A stretch of DNA of 64,000 bases from Ruminiclostridium sp. (GTDB taxonomy: Bacteria > Bacillota > Clostridia > Oscillospirales > Oscillospiraceae): positions 2,257 through 66,256 of the forward strand of contig JAAWAE010000103.1 in the NCBI GenBank assembly GCA_022792035.1. The letters run 5' to 3'. Both the position numbers and the translations under genes were made by a program. The notes under the pieces were generated by a model that ran no database searches, was not told the origin of the DNA, and saw only the letters and a program-made list of their open reading frames with translations. This document shows positions 50,415 to 60,314 of the stretch, one piece after another (the stretch's first letter is position 1; the number at the start of each line of letters is the position of its first letter).

Positions 50415-50801
50415 ATGGAAAAGGGTCCCGCAAAATCCACAACATTCTGGCTGGCCGTGGTCCTGGGGATCGCGGCGGCGGCAGCGGCGGCGATGGTCCT
50501 GCTGTCCCTGGGCCGGGAGGAGGGCGCTTTGGTCCAGGTGAGCCAGAACGGGCAGGTGGTGGACACCTTCCCCCTGGAAGAGCCCCGCTCCAAGGTCTAC
50601 CTGGGGCCGGAGGGGAGACGGAACGTGGTGGTCATTGAACAGGGACAGGTGTCCGTGACCGAAGCGGACTGTCCGGATCAGGTTTGTGTCCGGCACGCGC
50701 CCACCAAGGCCGCGGGGGACCCTATCGTGTGTCTGCCCAACCGACTGGTGGTGGAAGTTGTGACGGAGCCGTCGCCGTCAAGTGTGGATGGAGTGTCCTG
50801 A
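50415..50801 (+). CDS. NusG domain II-containing (DUF1312) protein
   Basis: N-terminal TM; EADCPDQVCV and IVCLPNRLVV. Confidence 0.88.
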   Translation: MEKGPAKSTTFWLAVVLGIAAAAAAAMVLLSLGREEGALVQVSQNGQVVDTFPLEEPRSKVYLGPEGRRNVVVIEQGQVSVTEADCPDQVCVRHAPTKAAGDPIVCLPNRLVVEVVTEPSPSSVDGVS

Positions 50802-51298
50802 TGAAGACGAAAAAACTGACCACCATGGCCATGCTCACCGCCGTATCCATGATTATTTTCCTGGTGGAGGCGCAGATCCCCCTGCCCGTCCCGGTGCCCG
50901 GGGTGAAGCTGGGGGTGGCCAATGTGATCACCCTCTTCGCCCTGTGGACCCTGGGGGCCCGGGAGGCCGGAGCGATTTTGCTGATCCGGGTGGTGCTGGG
51001 GAACATTGTGGCGGGGAGTTTCAGCGCCATGCTCTTCAGTCTGGCGGGAGGCGGGCTGTGCTGGGTGGTGATGAGCCTGATGAAGCCGCTGTTTTCCCTG
51101 CGGCAGCTCTGGGTGCTGAGCATTTTCGGGGCTTTGGGGCACAACGCCGGGCAGCTGGCCGTGGCCATTGGCATCTCCGGGACCGTCAGCGTGGCGGTGT
51201 ATGCGCCGGTGCTGGTGATCGCCGGGATCGTGACGGGGTGCTTCACCGGGAAGTGTGCGCAGCTGGTGCTGGAACATATGGAAAAATTAAAGCGGTAA
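50801..51298 (+). CDS. Gx transporter family protein (heptaprenyl diphosphate synthase component I-like)
   Basis: E..IP.PVPVPGVKLGVAN, FSLAGG, HNAGQL. Confidence 0.88.
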   Translation: MKTKKLTTMAMLTAVSMIIFLVEAQIPLPVPVPGVKLGVANVITLFALWTLGAREAGAILLIRVVLGNIVAGSFSAMLFSLAGGGLCWVVMSLMKPLFSLRQLWVLSIFGALGHNAGQLAVAIGISGTVSVAVYAPVLVIAGIVTGCFTGKCAQLVLEHMEKLKR

Positions 51299-51323
51299 CG
51301 TGCCTTAGGCCGGATCAAACGAC

Positions 51324-51372
51324 GCCCCCGACACAGGGTTATCCTGTGCCGGGGGCGCTGCGTTTTCTCTTA
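51324..51372. terminator. Terminator between convergent genes
   Basis: CGCCCCCGACACAGG-loop-CCTGTGCCGGGGGCG followed by a T-rich tract. Confidence 0.65.
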
Positions 51373-51379
51373 TTTTCTT

Positions 51380-52204
51380 TTATACCAGGCCCTTCCGGCC
51401 CAGCACCGCGATGACCTCATCCCGGCGCATGGCCCGCTCCGGGGCCGTGCCGTCCACAAGGCCGGCCTGCGTGGCCCGCTGCCAGTGGCCCTCCTTCCGG
51501 CTCCAGGCCGGTTCCGGCAGGTCCTTGCTGTGCAGCTGCGCTTTTTGGGACAGACGGTACGCCTGTTCCGGGGTCATTTTCTGGATCATCTCCTCGATGG
51601 TCATGTCAAGCTGGTCCTCCTCCCTAAGCTGTGCCGCGACATCCGCGCGGAAATCGTCCATGGATTTCCCGTGTTTGGGGAACCAATGCAGTACATCCCC
51701 GTGGTTGGAGGCGATGCCCCGCTGAGCGCCCTCGGCGTGGCAGAGGACCACCCCGTCCCTGCGCGGGTCCAGGTGGTAGAGGCCGCACAAATAGGCGCTC
51801 AGCTCCACGGCTTCCTGGTAGACTTTGTTGAAATAGGTCCGGTCCGCCAGGGAGTCCTCGCAGATCTCAAAGCCGAGATAGCCCATGTTGTTGGCCGAAC
51901 CGTTGCGTCCCGCGCCGGAGTGCCAGCCCCGGTAGGTCCAGGGCAGGGTCTGGTAGGTGGCGATGGCGCCGTTTTCCAGTTTGCCGATGAAGGCATGGAC
52001 GCAGACCTTTTTTCCGTCGGGATAGGGTTGGTTCCAATGGTTGCCGTTGGGATTTTTGCCCAGCAGGCCGTCGTCGGGCTGGACGTACCGCTTCAGATAA
52101 GGATTGTTGGCGCCGGTGGAGTGGACCATGATCCCCATAGGCTGGATGCGCACCGCCGCCTTGTAGCACTGGTTTTTCGTCAAGAGACAGGTTCGTAGGT
52201 TCAT
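51380..52204 (-). CDS. N-acetylmuramoyl-L-alanine amidase (Amidase_2), no signal peptide, SLH-like tail
   Basis: GIMVHSTG, CVHAFIG, RGWH, GFEICED, CHAEG..GIASNHGD; start 52204 after AGGAGGAG. Confidence 0.88.
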   Translation of the reverse strand: MNLRTCLLTKNQCYKAAVRIQPMGIMVHSTGANNPYLKRYVQPDDGLLGKNPNGNHWNQPYPDGKKVCVHAFIGKLENGAIATYQTLPWTYRGWHSGAGRNGSANNMGYLGFEICEDSLADRTYFNKVYQEAVELSAYLCGLYHLDPRRDGVVLCHAEGAQRGIASNHGDVLHWFPKHGKSMDDFRADVAAQLREEDQLDMTIEEMIQKMTPEQAYRLSQKAQLHSKDLPEPAWSRKEGHWQRATQAGLVDGTAPERAMRRDEVIAVLGRKGLV

Positions 52205-52310
52205 AGCTCCTCCTGGTCGTGTCTTCCTCTCCCCAGGGTATCCTATGCTGAGGATGGGGGATGTGGGAGTTTTGATCAGGAAGATGGGGGGAGGCCAGCG
52301 ACGGGCCTTG

Positions 52311-52661
52311 TCATTTCTGCCCGTTTTCCTGACAAGGCGGGCGCAGTTCGCCCAGGATCCGAATAAAAGCCAGAACGGCACGCACTTCCTTTTCCTCAAG
52401 CGTTTCCACTTGGGCAATGAGCTGCTTTTGTTCTTCAGAGAGGCGTCTTTTGTATTTAGGCGTCTGACCAGTCAAGACCCACTCGGTGGCGTATCCAAAC
52501 TTTTCTTCGATCAGCATGGCAGTTGAAGGGGAGAGGTTTTTGTTGCGCCCCTTCAGGATTCCAGACATATAGCCTTGGGATAATCCAAGCAGGGAGGATA
52601 GCTCTTTTTGATTTAAGTTCTGCTCTTTGAGGATGTCTGCCATTCGTGTTTCGAGTGCCAT
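52311..52661 (-). CDS. XRE-family HTH regulator
   Basis: LNQKELSSLLGLSQGYMSGILKG, EWVLTG; RBS AAAGGAGG. Confidence 0.85.
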   Translation of the reverse strand: MALETRMADILKEQNLNQKELSSLLGLSQGYMSGILKGRNKNLSPSTAMLIEEKFGYATEWVLTGQTPKYKRRLSEEQKQLIAQVETLEEKEVRAVLAFIRILGELRPPCQENGQK

Positions 52662-52800
52662 AGGATATACGCCTCCTTTTCGATAACGCCGGGAAAAGTT
52701 CTCTCAACTTACTTTTAGGCCCTTGATTTCAATGTGATAGCATGATATGATTGGTTCAGCGAATTTAAGACCGTGAAATCAAAGAAATGAGGGACTTGCT

Positions 52801-53061
52801 ATGATGAACCTGATCGAACTGCTTTACTTTAGAGACATGGTGCCAAAGGCGCAGGATAGTCAAGAGGTAAGAAGGATCCTTCGAAAGCTCTCAGACAATG
52901 AGGCGTTTTTGACACAGCGGCTGGAAGGAGAGGAGAAGCGGCGCTATCTGCAAGCCGTGGATGACTGGGACGAAGCCCTGGGTGCTGTCAGCGTAGATAG
53001 CTTTGTAGATGGCTTTCGCCTGGGCGCGCGCTTCACCTTAGAAACCTTTTGCAAGGACTAA
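52801..53061 (+). CDS. DUF6809-like small protein
   Basis: LIELLYF and SFVDGFRLGARF motif. Confidence 0.7.
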   Translation: MMNLIELLYFRDMVPKAQDSQEVRRILRKLSDNEAFLTQRLEGEEKRRYLQAVDDWDEALGAVSVDSFVDGFRLGARFTLETFCKD

Positions 53062-53067
53062 CAGGCG

Positions 53068-54315
53068 TTACAGCAGCCCCGTCAGCTTCCGCCGCACCAA
53101 ATCCAACCCCTGCTGGGCGCTCTGCCGCCGCACCCGCTCCCGGGCGACATTCCCGGCGCGAAACTCCTTGACATAGCAGCCGCCCTCCCAGGCCAGACCC
53201 AGATAGACTAAGCCCACAGGGTTGCCGCGCTCATCCGGCCCCGGGCCTGCCACGCCGGTGGCGGATACCGCCAGATCACAGCCCAAACTGTGCCGGGCGC
53301 CCTGGGCCATGGCCTGCGCCACCTGAGGGGACACCGCGCCGTGCTCCTCCAGCATCGCCCAGGGAACGCCTAACACATTGGCTTTTACCTCGTTGGTGTA
53401 GCTGACCACCCCGCCCCGGAACACCGCGGAGGACCCGGGCAGGTCCGTCATCAGCTTGGCCATGAAGCCGCCGGTACAGGACTCGGCGGTCCCCAAGGTC
53501 AGGCCCCGCTCCCGCAGCAGGGACAGCACCACTTCCGGAACGGAGCGGACGTCCACCCCGATCACATGTTCCCCCAGCAGGGCCTTCACTTCCTCCTCCA
53601 CCGGAGCGATCAGCGCCAGGGCTTGTGCCTGGGTTTGGGCCCGGGCGGTGATGCGCAGTTCGGTGCCGGTGGGCTTGGCGTAAGGGGCCAGGGTGGGGTT
53701 TTGCAGGCGGGTCATCAAGGGCCGCAGCACCGCCTCAGCGGCGCTCTCCCCGATGCCGAAGGTTTTGACCGTCCGGGAGACGATGACCCCTTCTACCAAA
53801 TCCTGGAGGAAGGGCACCGCCCGGTACCGGAACATATTCTCGCATTCCCAGGGGGGCCCCGGCAGGAGGATTACCCGGACCCCCTCTGCCGTAAAGGCCG
53901 CCCCGGGGGCGGTGCCCCAGTCGTTGTCCAGGACGGTGCAGCCCTCGGGCAGCATGGCCTGCTGCAAGTTATTTTCCGTCATCTCGTGGCCCATGGCGGC
54001 GAAGCGGTCCCGGATGCGCTGCTCGGAGGGGGCGTGGCGGACCAGTTTTTTCCCAAAACTCTCCGCCAGGGCCACCTTGGTCAGGTCATCGCAGGTGGGG
54101 CCCAGACCGCCGGTGGTGAGGATGATATCCGCCCGGGTCTTGGCGATGGCCACCGCCTGCCGCAGGCGCTCCGGGTTGTCGCCTACGACGGTGTGATAAA
54201 AGACGTTGATCCCCAGCTGGGACAGCCCCTGGGAGAGCATTTGGGCGTTGGTGTTGGCGATGTCCCCCAGGAGCAGCTCGGTGCCTACGGCGATGAGTTC
54301 GGCGGTGTGGCTCAT
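53068..54315 (-). CDS. cinA: Competence/damage-inducible protein A
   Basis: VGTELLLG, TGGLGPT.DDLT, AESCTGG, ATGVAGP. Confidence 0.95.
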   Translation of the reverse strand: MSHTAELIAVGTELLLGDIANTNAQMLSQGLSQLGINVFYHTVVGDNPERLRQAVAIAKTRADIILTTGGLGPTCDDLTKVALAESFGKKLVRHAPSEQRIRDRFAAMGHEMTENNLQQAMLPEGCTVLDNDWGTAPGAAFTAEGVRVILLPGPPWECENMFRYRAVPFLQDLVEGVIVSRTVKTFGIGESAAEAVLRPLMTRLQNPTLAPYAKPTGTELRITARAQTQAQALALIAPVEEEVKALLGEHVIGVDVRSVPEVVLSLLRERGLTLGTAESCTGGFMAKLMTDLPGSSAVFRGGVVSYTNEVKANVLGVPWAMLEEHGAVSPQVAQAMAQGARHSLGCDLAVSATGVAGPGPDERGNPVGLVYLGLAWEGGCYVKEFRAGNVARERVRRQSAQQGLDLVRRKLTGLL

Positions 54316-55511
54316 ACCTGCACCCTCTCGATCCCGTCCATGGCCTGGGCGATGAGGCCGTCGATGTCCAGATCGGTCTCCGCCGCCTGGATCTCCTCCA
54401 GGGTAGGCCGGGTCTTGGGATGCCGGGGGGTGAAGACGGTGCAGCAGTCCTCGTAGGGCAGGATGGAGGTCTCAAAGGTCCCGATCTTCCGGGCCACTTG
54501 GATGATCTCCTCCTTGTCCATGCCCACCACCGGACGGAAGACCGGCAGGGTCGTGGCTGCCTCGGTGACGGCCATGGCCTCCATGGTCTGGCTGGCCACC
54601 TGCCCCAGGGATTCCCCGGTGACTAAACCCTTGGCGCCCGCCCGCTGGGCCACCTGCTCCGCGATGCGCATCATGAAGCGGCGCATGAGCAGGGTGAACA
54701 GGGACTCGGGACAGCTGCGGCGCAGGGTCTCCTGGATCTCGGTGAAGGGGACCACGTGTACCACGAGGCTGCCGCACCAGGGGGTCAGCAGCTTGGCCAG
54801 GGTCAGGACCTTGTCCTTGGCCTCCGGGGAGGTGTACGGATAGCTGAAGAAGTGGACCATCTCCAGGGCCAGGCCCCGCTTGGCCATCATCCAGGAGGCC
54901 ACGGGGCTGTCGATGCCCCCGGAGAGCAGGGAGACCGCCCGGCCGCCGATCCCCACCGGCAGGCCGCCGGCGCCGGGGGTGGGGTCTGCGTGGACGAAGG
55001 CGGCGAAGTCCCGGACCTCCACGTGGACCGTCATTTCCGGGTGGCGCATATCCGCCGTCAGGTGGTTGAAGAGGTCGTTGAGTTCTCCGCCCACGTACTG
55101 GCTGAGCTGGATGGAGGACATAACAAAACTCTTGTCGGCGCGCTTGGACTCCACCTTGAAGGAGTGAGCCGCGTTGAGCTGGTCCCGCAGATAGGTCTTG
55201 GCGGCTTCCACGATGGATTCAGCGCGCTTGTCGCAGGCTTTCGCCCGGCACAGGCTCACCACACCGAAGAGGCAGCACAGCCGCTGGAAGGCGGCGTCCA
55301 TGTCGCAGTCCCGGCTCATAGGTTCGATGTAGGTGATGGACTGGCGGGAGTAGATGCGGAACGGGCCGCAGCCCTCCAGGCGGCGGCGGGCGTTGCCCAT
55401 CATCCGCTCTTCAAACCCCCGGCGATTGAGGCCCTTGAGGACCATTTCCCCCATTTTCAGCAGGATGAATTCTTTCCCGATGGGAGATGTTTCATGAATT
55501 TCATTGGACAC
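54312..55511 (-). CDS. thiI: tRNA 4-thiouridine synthase
   Basis: GEMVLKGLNR THUMP start, LLSGGIDSPVA, GESLGQVASQT, PYEDCC. Confidence 0.95.
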   Translation of the reverse strand: MSNEIHETSPIGKEFILLKMGEMVLKGLNRRGFEERMMGNARRRLEGCGPFRIYSRQSITYIEPMSRDCDMDAAFQRLCCLFGVVSLCRAKACDKRAESIVEAAKTYLRDQLNAAHSFKVESKRADKSFVMSSIQLSQYVGGELNDLFNHLTADMRHPEMTVHVEVRDFAAFVHADPTPGAGGLPVGIGGRAVSLLSGGIDSPVASWMMAKRGLALEMVHFFSYPYTSPEAKDKVLTLAKLLTPWCGSLVVHVVPFTEIQETLRRSCPESLFTLLMRRFMMRIAEQVAQRAGAKGLVTGESLGQVASQTMEAMAVTEAATTLPVFRPVVGMDKEEIIQVARKIGTFETSILPYEDCCTVFTPRHPKTRPTLEEIQAAETDLDIDGLIAQAMDGIERVQV

Positions 55512-55541
55512 GATGCTTTCTTCCTTTCACAATGCAACGCT

Positions 55542-57062
55542 TCAGCGTTGGAAATAATCGGATTCTCGGTATTGGATGGCTTCCGCCAGATGGGCGGCGT
55601 CGATGCGCTGCGCCCCGTCCAGGTCCGCGATGGTCCGCGCCACCCGGAGGATGCGGTCGTAGCTTCGAGCGGTGAGGCCCATGTGGGCGTAAGCCCCCTT
55701 CATCACCGCCTGACCGGCGGCGTCCAGGGCACAGTGCTGGCGCAGGGCCTCCTGGCCCATGTCCGCATTGCAGGCGGGGCCGTCGGGGCCGAAGCGGGCC
55801 TGCTGGCGGGCCCGGGCGGCCATCACTCTGGCCCGGATGGATTGAGAGGGTTCCCCGGGGCTGCGGTCGGAGAGGTTTTCAAACTCCAAGGGCGGGACCT
55901 CGGCAAAGAGGTCGATGCGGTCCAGCAGGGGGCCGGAGAGCTTGCCCAGGTATTTTTTCACCTCCCCTGGGGAGCAGCGGCAGCGGCCGGAGGGGTGGCC
56001 GTACCAGCCGCACTTGCAGGGGTTCATGGCGCACACCAGCATGAAGCGGCTGGGATAGGTCTCCGCCCCGGCGGAGCGGACCACGGAGATCTTCCCCTCC
56101 TCCATGGGCTGGCGCAGGACCTCCAGCACGTCCTTGTGAAACTCCGGCAGCTCGTCCAAAAAGAGGACCCCGTTGTGGGCCAGGGAGATCTCCCCCGGCC
56201 GGGGATAGGGGTTCCCGCCCCCGGCCATGCCCACGGAGGAGATGGTGTGATGGGGGGCTCGGAAGGGCCGGGCGGTGAGCAGGGGCTGCTGGGTGGAGGT
56301 CAGGCCCATGACGGAGTGGATCTTGGTGGCCTCCAGGGCCTCCCGCCGGGACAGGGGGGGCAGGATGGAGGGCAGACGCCGGGCCAGCATACTCTTCCCG
56401 GACCCGGGGGGACCGACCATGGCGGCGTTGTGTCCGCCGGCGGCGGCGATCTCCAGCACCCGCTTCACCTGCTCCTGGCCCCGGACCTCGGAAAAATCCG
56501 GGAGGGAGAGGGCCTCGGCGCTGCCCTCCCAGGGGGGCGCGGGGGCGATGGGGACATGGCCGGAGAGATGGGCCGAGAGCTGTTCCACGGTTTCCACCGG
56601 GTAGACCTCCAGACCCCCGGCGATGGTGGCCTCGGCGGCGCTGGGGGCGGGGACGAAGAGCCGGCGGATGCCGGCCTCCCGGGCGGCCAGGGCCATGGGG
56701 AGCATCCCCACCACCGGGCGCAGGGTGCCGCCCAGGGAGAGCTCGCCCACGAAGGCGCAGTCGGGGTCATCCCAGCCCAGCTGTCCGGCGGCGGAGAGGA
56801 TGCCCACCAGGATGGGCAGGTCGTACACGGTGCCGGATTTGCGCAGGTTGGCGGGGGCCAGGTTCACGGTGATGCGGCCCACGGGGAAGGAGAAGCCGCT
56901 GTTTTTGATGGCCGAGCGGACCCGTTCCCGGGCTTCCTTCACCGCTGTGTCGGGGAGGCCCACGATCTCGAAGTTGGGCAGTCCTCCCGACAGGTCGCAC
57001 TCGGCGGTGACCTCATAGCCGTTGATGCCCTGGAGACCCAGGGAGCGGACCTTGTGCAGCAT
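55542..57062 (-). CDS. YifB/ComM Mg-chelatase-like AAA ATPase
   Basis: VGLPD, NLAPA, GPPGSGKSMLA, PFRAPHH, LFLDELPEF, MNPCKCG. Confidence 0.93.
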   Translation of the reverse strand: MLHKVRSLGLQGINGYEVTAECDLSGGLPNFEIVGLPDTAVKEARERVRSAIKNSGFSFPVGRITVNLAPANLRKSGTVYDLPILVGILSAAGQLGWDDPDCAFVGELSLGGTLRPVVGMLPMALAAREAGIRRLFVPAPSAAEATIAGGLEVYPVETVEQLSAHLSGHVPIAPAPPWEGSAEALSLPDFSEVRGQEQVKRVLEIAAAGGHNAAMVGPPGSGKSMLARRLPSILPPLSRREALEATKIHSVMGLTSTQQPLLTARPFRAPHHTISSVGMAGGGNPYPRPGEISLAHNGVLFLDELPEFHKDVLEVLRQPMEEGKISVVRSAGAETYPSRFMLVCAMNPCKCGWYGHPSGRCRCSPGEVKKYLGKLSGPLLDRIDLFAEVPPLEFENLSDRSPGEPSQSIRARVMAARARQQARFGPDGPACNADMGQEALRQHCALDAAGQAVMKGAYAHMGLTARSYDRILRVARTIADLDGAQRIDAAHLAEAIQYRESDYFQR

Positions 57063-57164
57063 ATTACCACCCTCTCTTTCTTTTCTCTATATCATGCCAT
57101 AAAATCCCGCGTTGCACAAGGGGAAAGGAGAAGTTGAAAAAGTTCCAACTGGGAAAGCACCCCA

Positions 57165-57193
57165 TTGACAAGCCCCGGAAAGTATCCTATAAT
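57165..57193 (+). promoter_or_regulatory. sigmaA-type promoter of scfAB
   Basis: TTGACA-17 bp-TATAAT. Confidence 0.85.
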
Positions 57194-57233
57194 GAGGGAT
57201 GAATTTTGAATCTTCCGAAAGGAGCTGTGTCTC

Positions 57234-57380
57234 ATGAAGAGAATCCAGACCCTGGAGACCCGGGACCTGGCCAAGAGCCTGCACACCGGCGGCTGCGGCG
57301 AGTGCCAGACCTCTTGCCAGTCCGCCTGCAAGACCTCTTGCGGCCTTGCCAACCAGCAGTGCGAGAACCAGAACCGCTGA
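57234..57380 (+). CDS. scfA: SCIFF six-cysteine ranthipeptide precursor (48 aa)
   Basis: MKRIQTLETRDLAKSLHTGGCGECQTSCQSACKTSCGLANQQCENQNR; RBS GAAAGGAG; absent from the ORF track. Confidence 0.95.
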   Translation: MKRIQTLETRDLAKSLHTGGCGECQTSCQSACKTSCGLANQQCENQNR

Positions 57381-57464
57381 GCTGCTGTCCTGCGTGACCA
57401 GAAAGCTGCCGCACCTGTTTCGGGCGCGGCACTTTCATTTTATTTCAAAGAAAGAGACTACACT

Positions 57465-58841
57465 ATGATCCATCAGTACAAACTAAACGGGTACAACATC
57501 GTCCTGGATGTCTGCAGCGGCGCGGTCCATCTGGTGGACGAGGTGGCCTATGACCTCATCGCCGGCTTCGAGTCCACCCCCCGCGATGCCCTGCTGGCCC
57601 AGGTCCTGGAGAAGTACGGCCACCGAGAGGACGTGGACGAGGAAGAGCTGCGGGTCTGCCTGGAGGACATCCAGGGGCTGAAGGATGCCGGGAAACTCTT
57701 CTCCCAGGATTTGTGGCGGGAGAGCGAGCAGCGCGCCTTTGCCCGGACGAAGCCGGTGCTCAAGGCCCTGTGCCTCCACGTGGCCCACACCTGCAACCTC
57801 AACTGCCATTACTGCTTCGCCAGCCAGGGCAACTACCATGGCCAGCGGGCCCTGATGAGCTTTGACGTGGGGAAGCAGGCCCTGGACTTCCTGATCCAAA
57901 ACTCCGGGGAGCGGGTAAACCTGGAAGTGGATTTTTTCGGCGGTGAGCCGCTGATGAACTGGCAGGTGGTAAAGGACCTGGTGGCCTATGCCCGGAGCCA
58001 GGAGCCCATCCACCACAAAAACTTCCGCTTCACCCTGACCACCAACGGCCTGCTGCTGGACGACGAGGTGACGGCGTTCTGCAACCGGGAGATGCACAAT
58101 GTTGTCCTCAGCCTGGACGGCCGCAAGCAGGTCCACGACCGCCTGCGGAAGAACCTGGCCGGGGAGGGCAGCTATGACCGCATCGTGCCCAAGTTCCAGC
58201 GTTTCGTGGCCCAGCGTCAGGGCAGCTACTATATCCGGGGAACGTTTACCCACGATAACCTGGACTTCACCGAGGACATCCTCCACATGGCGGACTTGGG
58301 CTTTACGGAGCTGAGCATGGAGCCGGTGGTCTGCGCCCCCGGGGAGCCGTGGGCTCTGACGGAAGAGGATCTGCCGGTGCTCTTCCAGCAATACGAAACG
58401 CTGGCCGTGGAGATGCTCCGCCGGGAGGCGGAAGGCCGTCCCATCACCTTCTACCATTATATGCTGGATTTGGAGGGGGGGCCTTGCCTGCACAAGCGGA
58501 TGTCCGGCTGCGGCTCCGGGACGGAGTATCTGGCGGTGACCCCCTGGGGCGAGTTGTTCCCCTGCCACCAGTTCGTCAATGACCCGGACTACTCCATGGG
58601 CAATGTCTGGGACGGGGTGAAGAATCCGGAGCTGGGGGAGAAGTTCCATCGCTGCAGCGTGGCGGCCAATCCCGACTGCCGGGACTGCTGGGCGCGGCTG
58701 TACTGCGCCGGCGGCTGCGCCGCCAACGCCTACCACGCCAGCGGGGACATCAACGGGACCTATGAATACGGATGCGCGTTGTTCAAAAAACGTGTGGAGT
58801 GCGCCATTATGATGAAGGCCGCCCAGGCGCAGGCGGAGTGA
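57465..58841 (+). CDS. scfB: SCIFF radical SAM/SPASM maturase
   Basis: CNLNCHYC, DFFGGEP, SGCGSG, PCHQF, CRDCWARLYCAGGC. Confidence 0.95.
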   Translation: MIHQYKLNGYNIVLDVCSGAVHLVDEVAYDLIAGFESTPRDALLAQVLEKYGHREDVDEEELRVCLEDIQGLKDAGKLFSQDLWRESEQRAFARTKPVLKALCLHVAHTCNLNCHYCFASQGNYHGQRALMSFDVGKQALDFLIQNSGERVNLEVDFFGGEPLMNWQVVKDLVAYARSQEPIHHKNFRFTLTTNGLLLDDEVTAFCNREMHNVVLSLDGRKQVHDRLRKNLAGEGSYDRIVPKFQRFVAQRQGSYYIRGTFTHDNLDFTEDILHMADLGFTELSMEPVVCAPGEPWALTEEDLPVLFQQYETLAVEMLRREAEGRPITFYHYMLDLEGGPCLHKRMSGCGSGTEYLAVTPWGELFPCHQFVNDPDYSMGNVWDGVKNPELGEKFHRCSVAANPDCRDCWARLYCAGGCAANAYHASGDINGTYEYGCALFKKRVECAIMMKAAQAQAE

Positions 58842-58851
58842 GGAGGAACGG

Positions 58852-59052
58852 ATGGAACAGAAAAAAGTGACGTACAGCGGTGTGGATACCGAAGACGTGA
58901 CCCGCCAGCTGGAGCAGGGCAACGCGGCCCTCGCCCAAAAGGATTGGAAAGAATACCGGGTGGATATGCTCAGTTCTTCCACCGTCCGGGTGACCTATAT
59001 CCGAGGGGAGATCGACGAGGACGAGCTGGCAGAGATCGACGACGAGCTGTGA
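58852..59052 (+). CDS. Small acidic hypothetical protein (66 aa)
   Basis: RBS GAGGAGG, tight spacing after scfB, host-like codons. Confidence 0.7.
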   Translation: MEQKKVTYSGVDTEDVTRQLEQGNAALAQKDWKEYRVDMLSSSTVRVTYIRGEIDEDELAEIDDEL

Positions 59053-59065
59053 GCGCGGGGATGCC

Positions 59066-59713
59066 ATGAACTGGAAACGGATCGTGCTGGGCCTGTTCCT
59101 GCTGGCGGGGATGCTGGGGGTGCTGGCCCTGGGGCTGAGCGCCTATGTGGTGTCCAGCACCCGGGCGCGGGTCTTGGAGGCGGAGGCCCCGCCGCCGGAG
59201 GACCTGGACTGCATCCTGGTCCTGGGCTGCGGCGTGCGCCCGGACGGGTCCCCCTCCCATATGTTGGAAGACCGGATGAAGCGGGCCATCCAGCTCTATC
59301 AGGCCGGGTGGTCCGACGTGCTCCTTCTGTCCGGGGACAACCGGAAGGAGGATTACAACGAGGTGGGCGTGATGAAGGCTTATGCCATGGCCCGCGGGGT
59401 ACCGGAGGAGGCCATCGTGCTGGATCACGCCGGACTTTGTACTTACGACAGCCTGTACCGAGCCCGGGCGATCTTCGGCGCGGAGCGGGTGGTGGTGATC
59501 ACCCAGGCCTTCCACATCAGCCGCGCGTTGTACATCGGCCGGTCCCTGGGGGTGGAAGCCTGGGGGGTGACGGCGGATCTGCGGCCCTACCAGCATGAGC
59601 TGTTCAACCGCTGCCGGGAGATCTTGGCCCGGGATAAGGACGCCCTGTGGTGTCTGGTGAAGCCGGAGCCGAAGCATTTGGGCGAAAAGGTGCCCCTGCG
59701 CCCGGCGGGGTGA
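59066..59713 (+). CDS. SanA/YdcF (ElyC) family protein
   Basis: ILVLGCG, LEDR, SGDN, DHAGLCTYDS, TQAFHISRA, REILAR. Confidence 0.9.
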   Translation: MNWKRIVLGLFLLAGMLGVLALGLSAYVVSSTRARVLEAEAPPPEDLDCILVLGCGVRPDGSPSHMLEDRMKRAIQLYQAGWSDVLLLSGDNRKEDYNEVGVMKAYAMARGVPEEAIVLDHAGLCTYDSLYRARAIFGAERVVVITQAFHISRALYIGRSLGVEAWGVTADLRPYQHELFNRCREILARDKDALWCLVKPEPKHLGEKVPLRPAG

Positions 59714-59731
59714 GCGCGCCATATACAAAGC

Positions 59732-59766
59732 AAGACCCAGGAAGCGGATGCCTCCTGGGTCTTTTG
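59732..59766. terminator. Terminator between convergent genes
   Basis: AAGACCCAGGA-loop-TCCTGGGTCTTTT. Confidence 0.7.
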
Positions 59767-59780
59767 GCCGCGGCGCGTCT

Positions 59781-60314
59781 TTAATAGTTGTCCGCCTTGA
59801 CCTCGAAGTATGCCTGGGGATGTCCGCAGACGGGGCACACCTCGGGGGCTTCGTCGCCATACTCCAGATGTCCGCAGTTGCGGCAATACCAGACCTTCAC
59901 GGCTTCCTTCCGGAAGACCTCGTTGGCCTCTAAGTTCTCCACCAGCTTCAGGTAACGCTCATAGTGGGATTTCTCGATCTCTGCCACGCCGGCGAACATA
60001 TCCGCAATGCGGTGGAAGCCCTCTTCCCGGGCCTCTTTGGCCATGCGCTGGTACATGGAGGTCCACTCCTCGTGCTCGCCCTCGGCGGCGGCCATGAGGT
60101 TCTCGGCGGTGGTGCCGATGCCGCCCAGCTCCTGGAACCAGAGCTTGGCGTGCTCCTTCTCGTTGCCGGCGGTTTCTTCAAAGAAGGCGGCGATCTGCTC
60201 GTAGCCGTCCTTCCGGGCCTGGGCGGCGTAATAGGTATATTTGTTTCTGGCTTGGCTCTCTCCGGCAAAGGCTTCCCAGAGATTGGCCTCGGTCTTTGTG
60301 CCTTTTAATTCCAT
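59781..60314 (-). CDS. rbr: Rubrerythrin
   Basis: AFAGESQARNKY, EKEHA, C-terminal CRNCG and CPVC. Confidence 0.95.
   Translation of the reverse strand: MELKGTKTEANLWEAFAGESQARNKYTYYAAQARKDGYEQIAAFFEETAGNEKEHAKLWFQELGGIGTTAENLMAAAEGEHEEWTSMYQRMAKEAREEGFHRIADMFAGVAEIEKSHYERYLKLVENLEANEVFRKEAVKVWYCRNCGHLEYGDEAPEVCPVCGHPQAYFEVKADNY

Noticed and set aside
51380-53061. Intact prophage
   Set aside because: No integrase, structural, packaging or holin genes, and housekeeping genes lie on both sides
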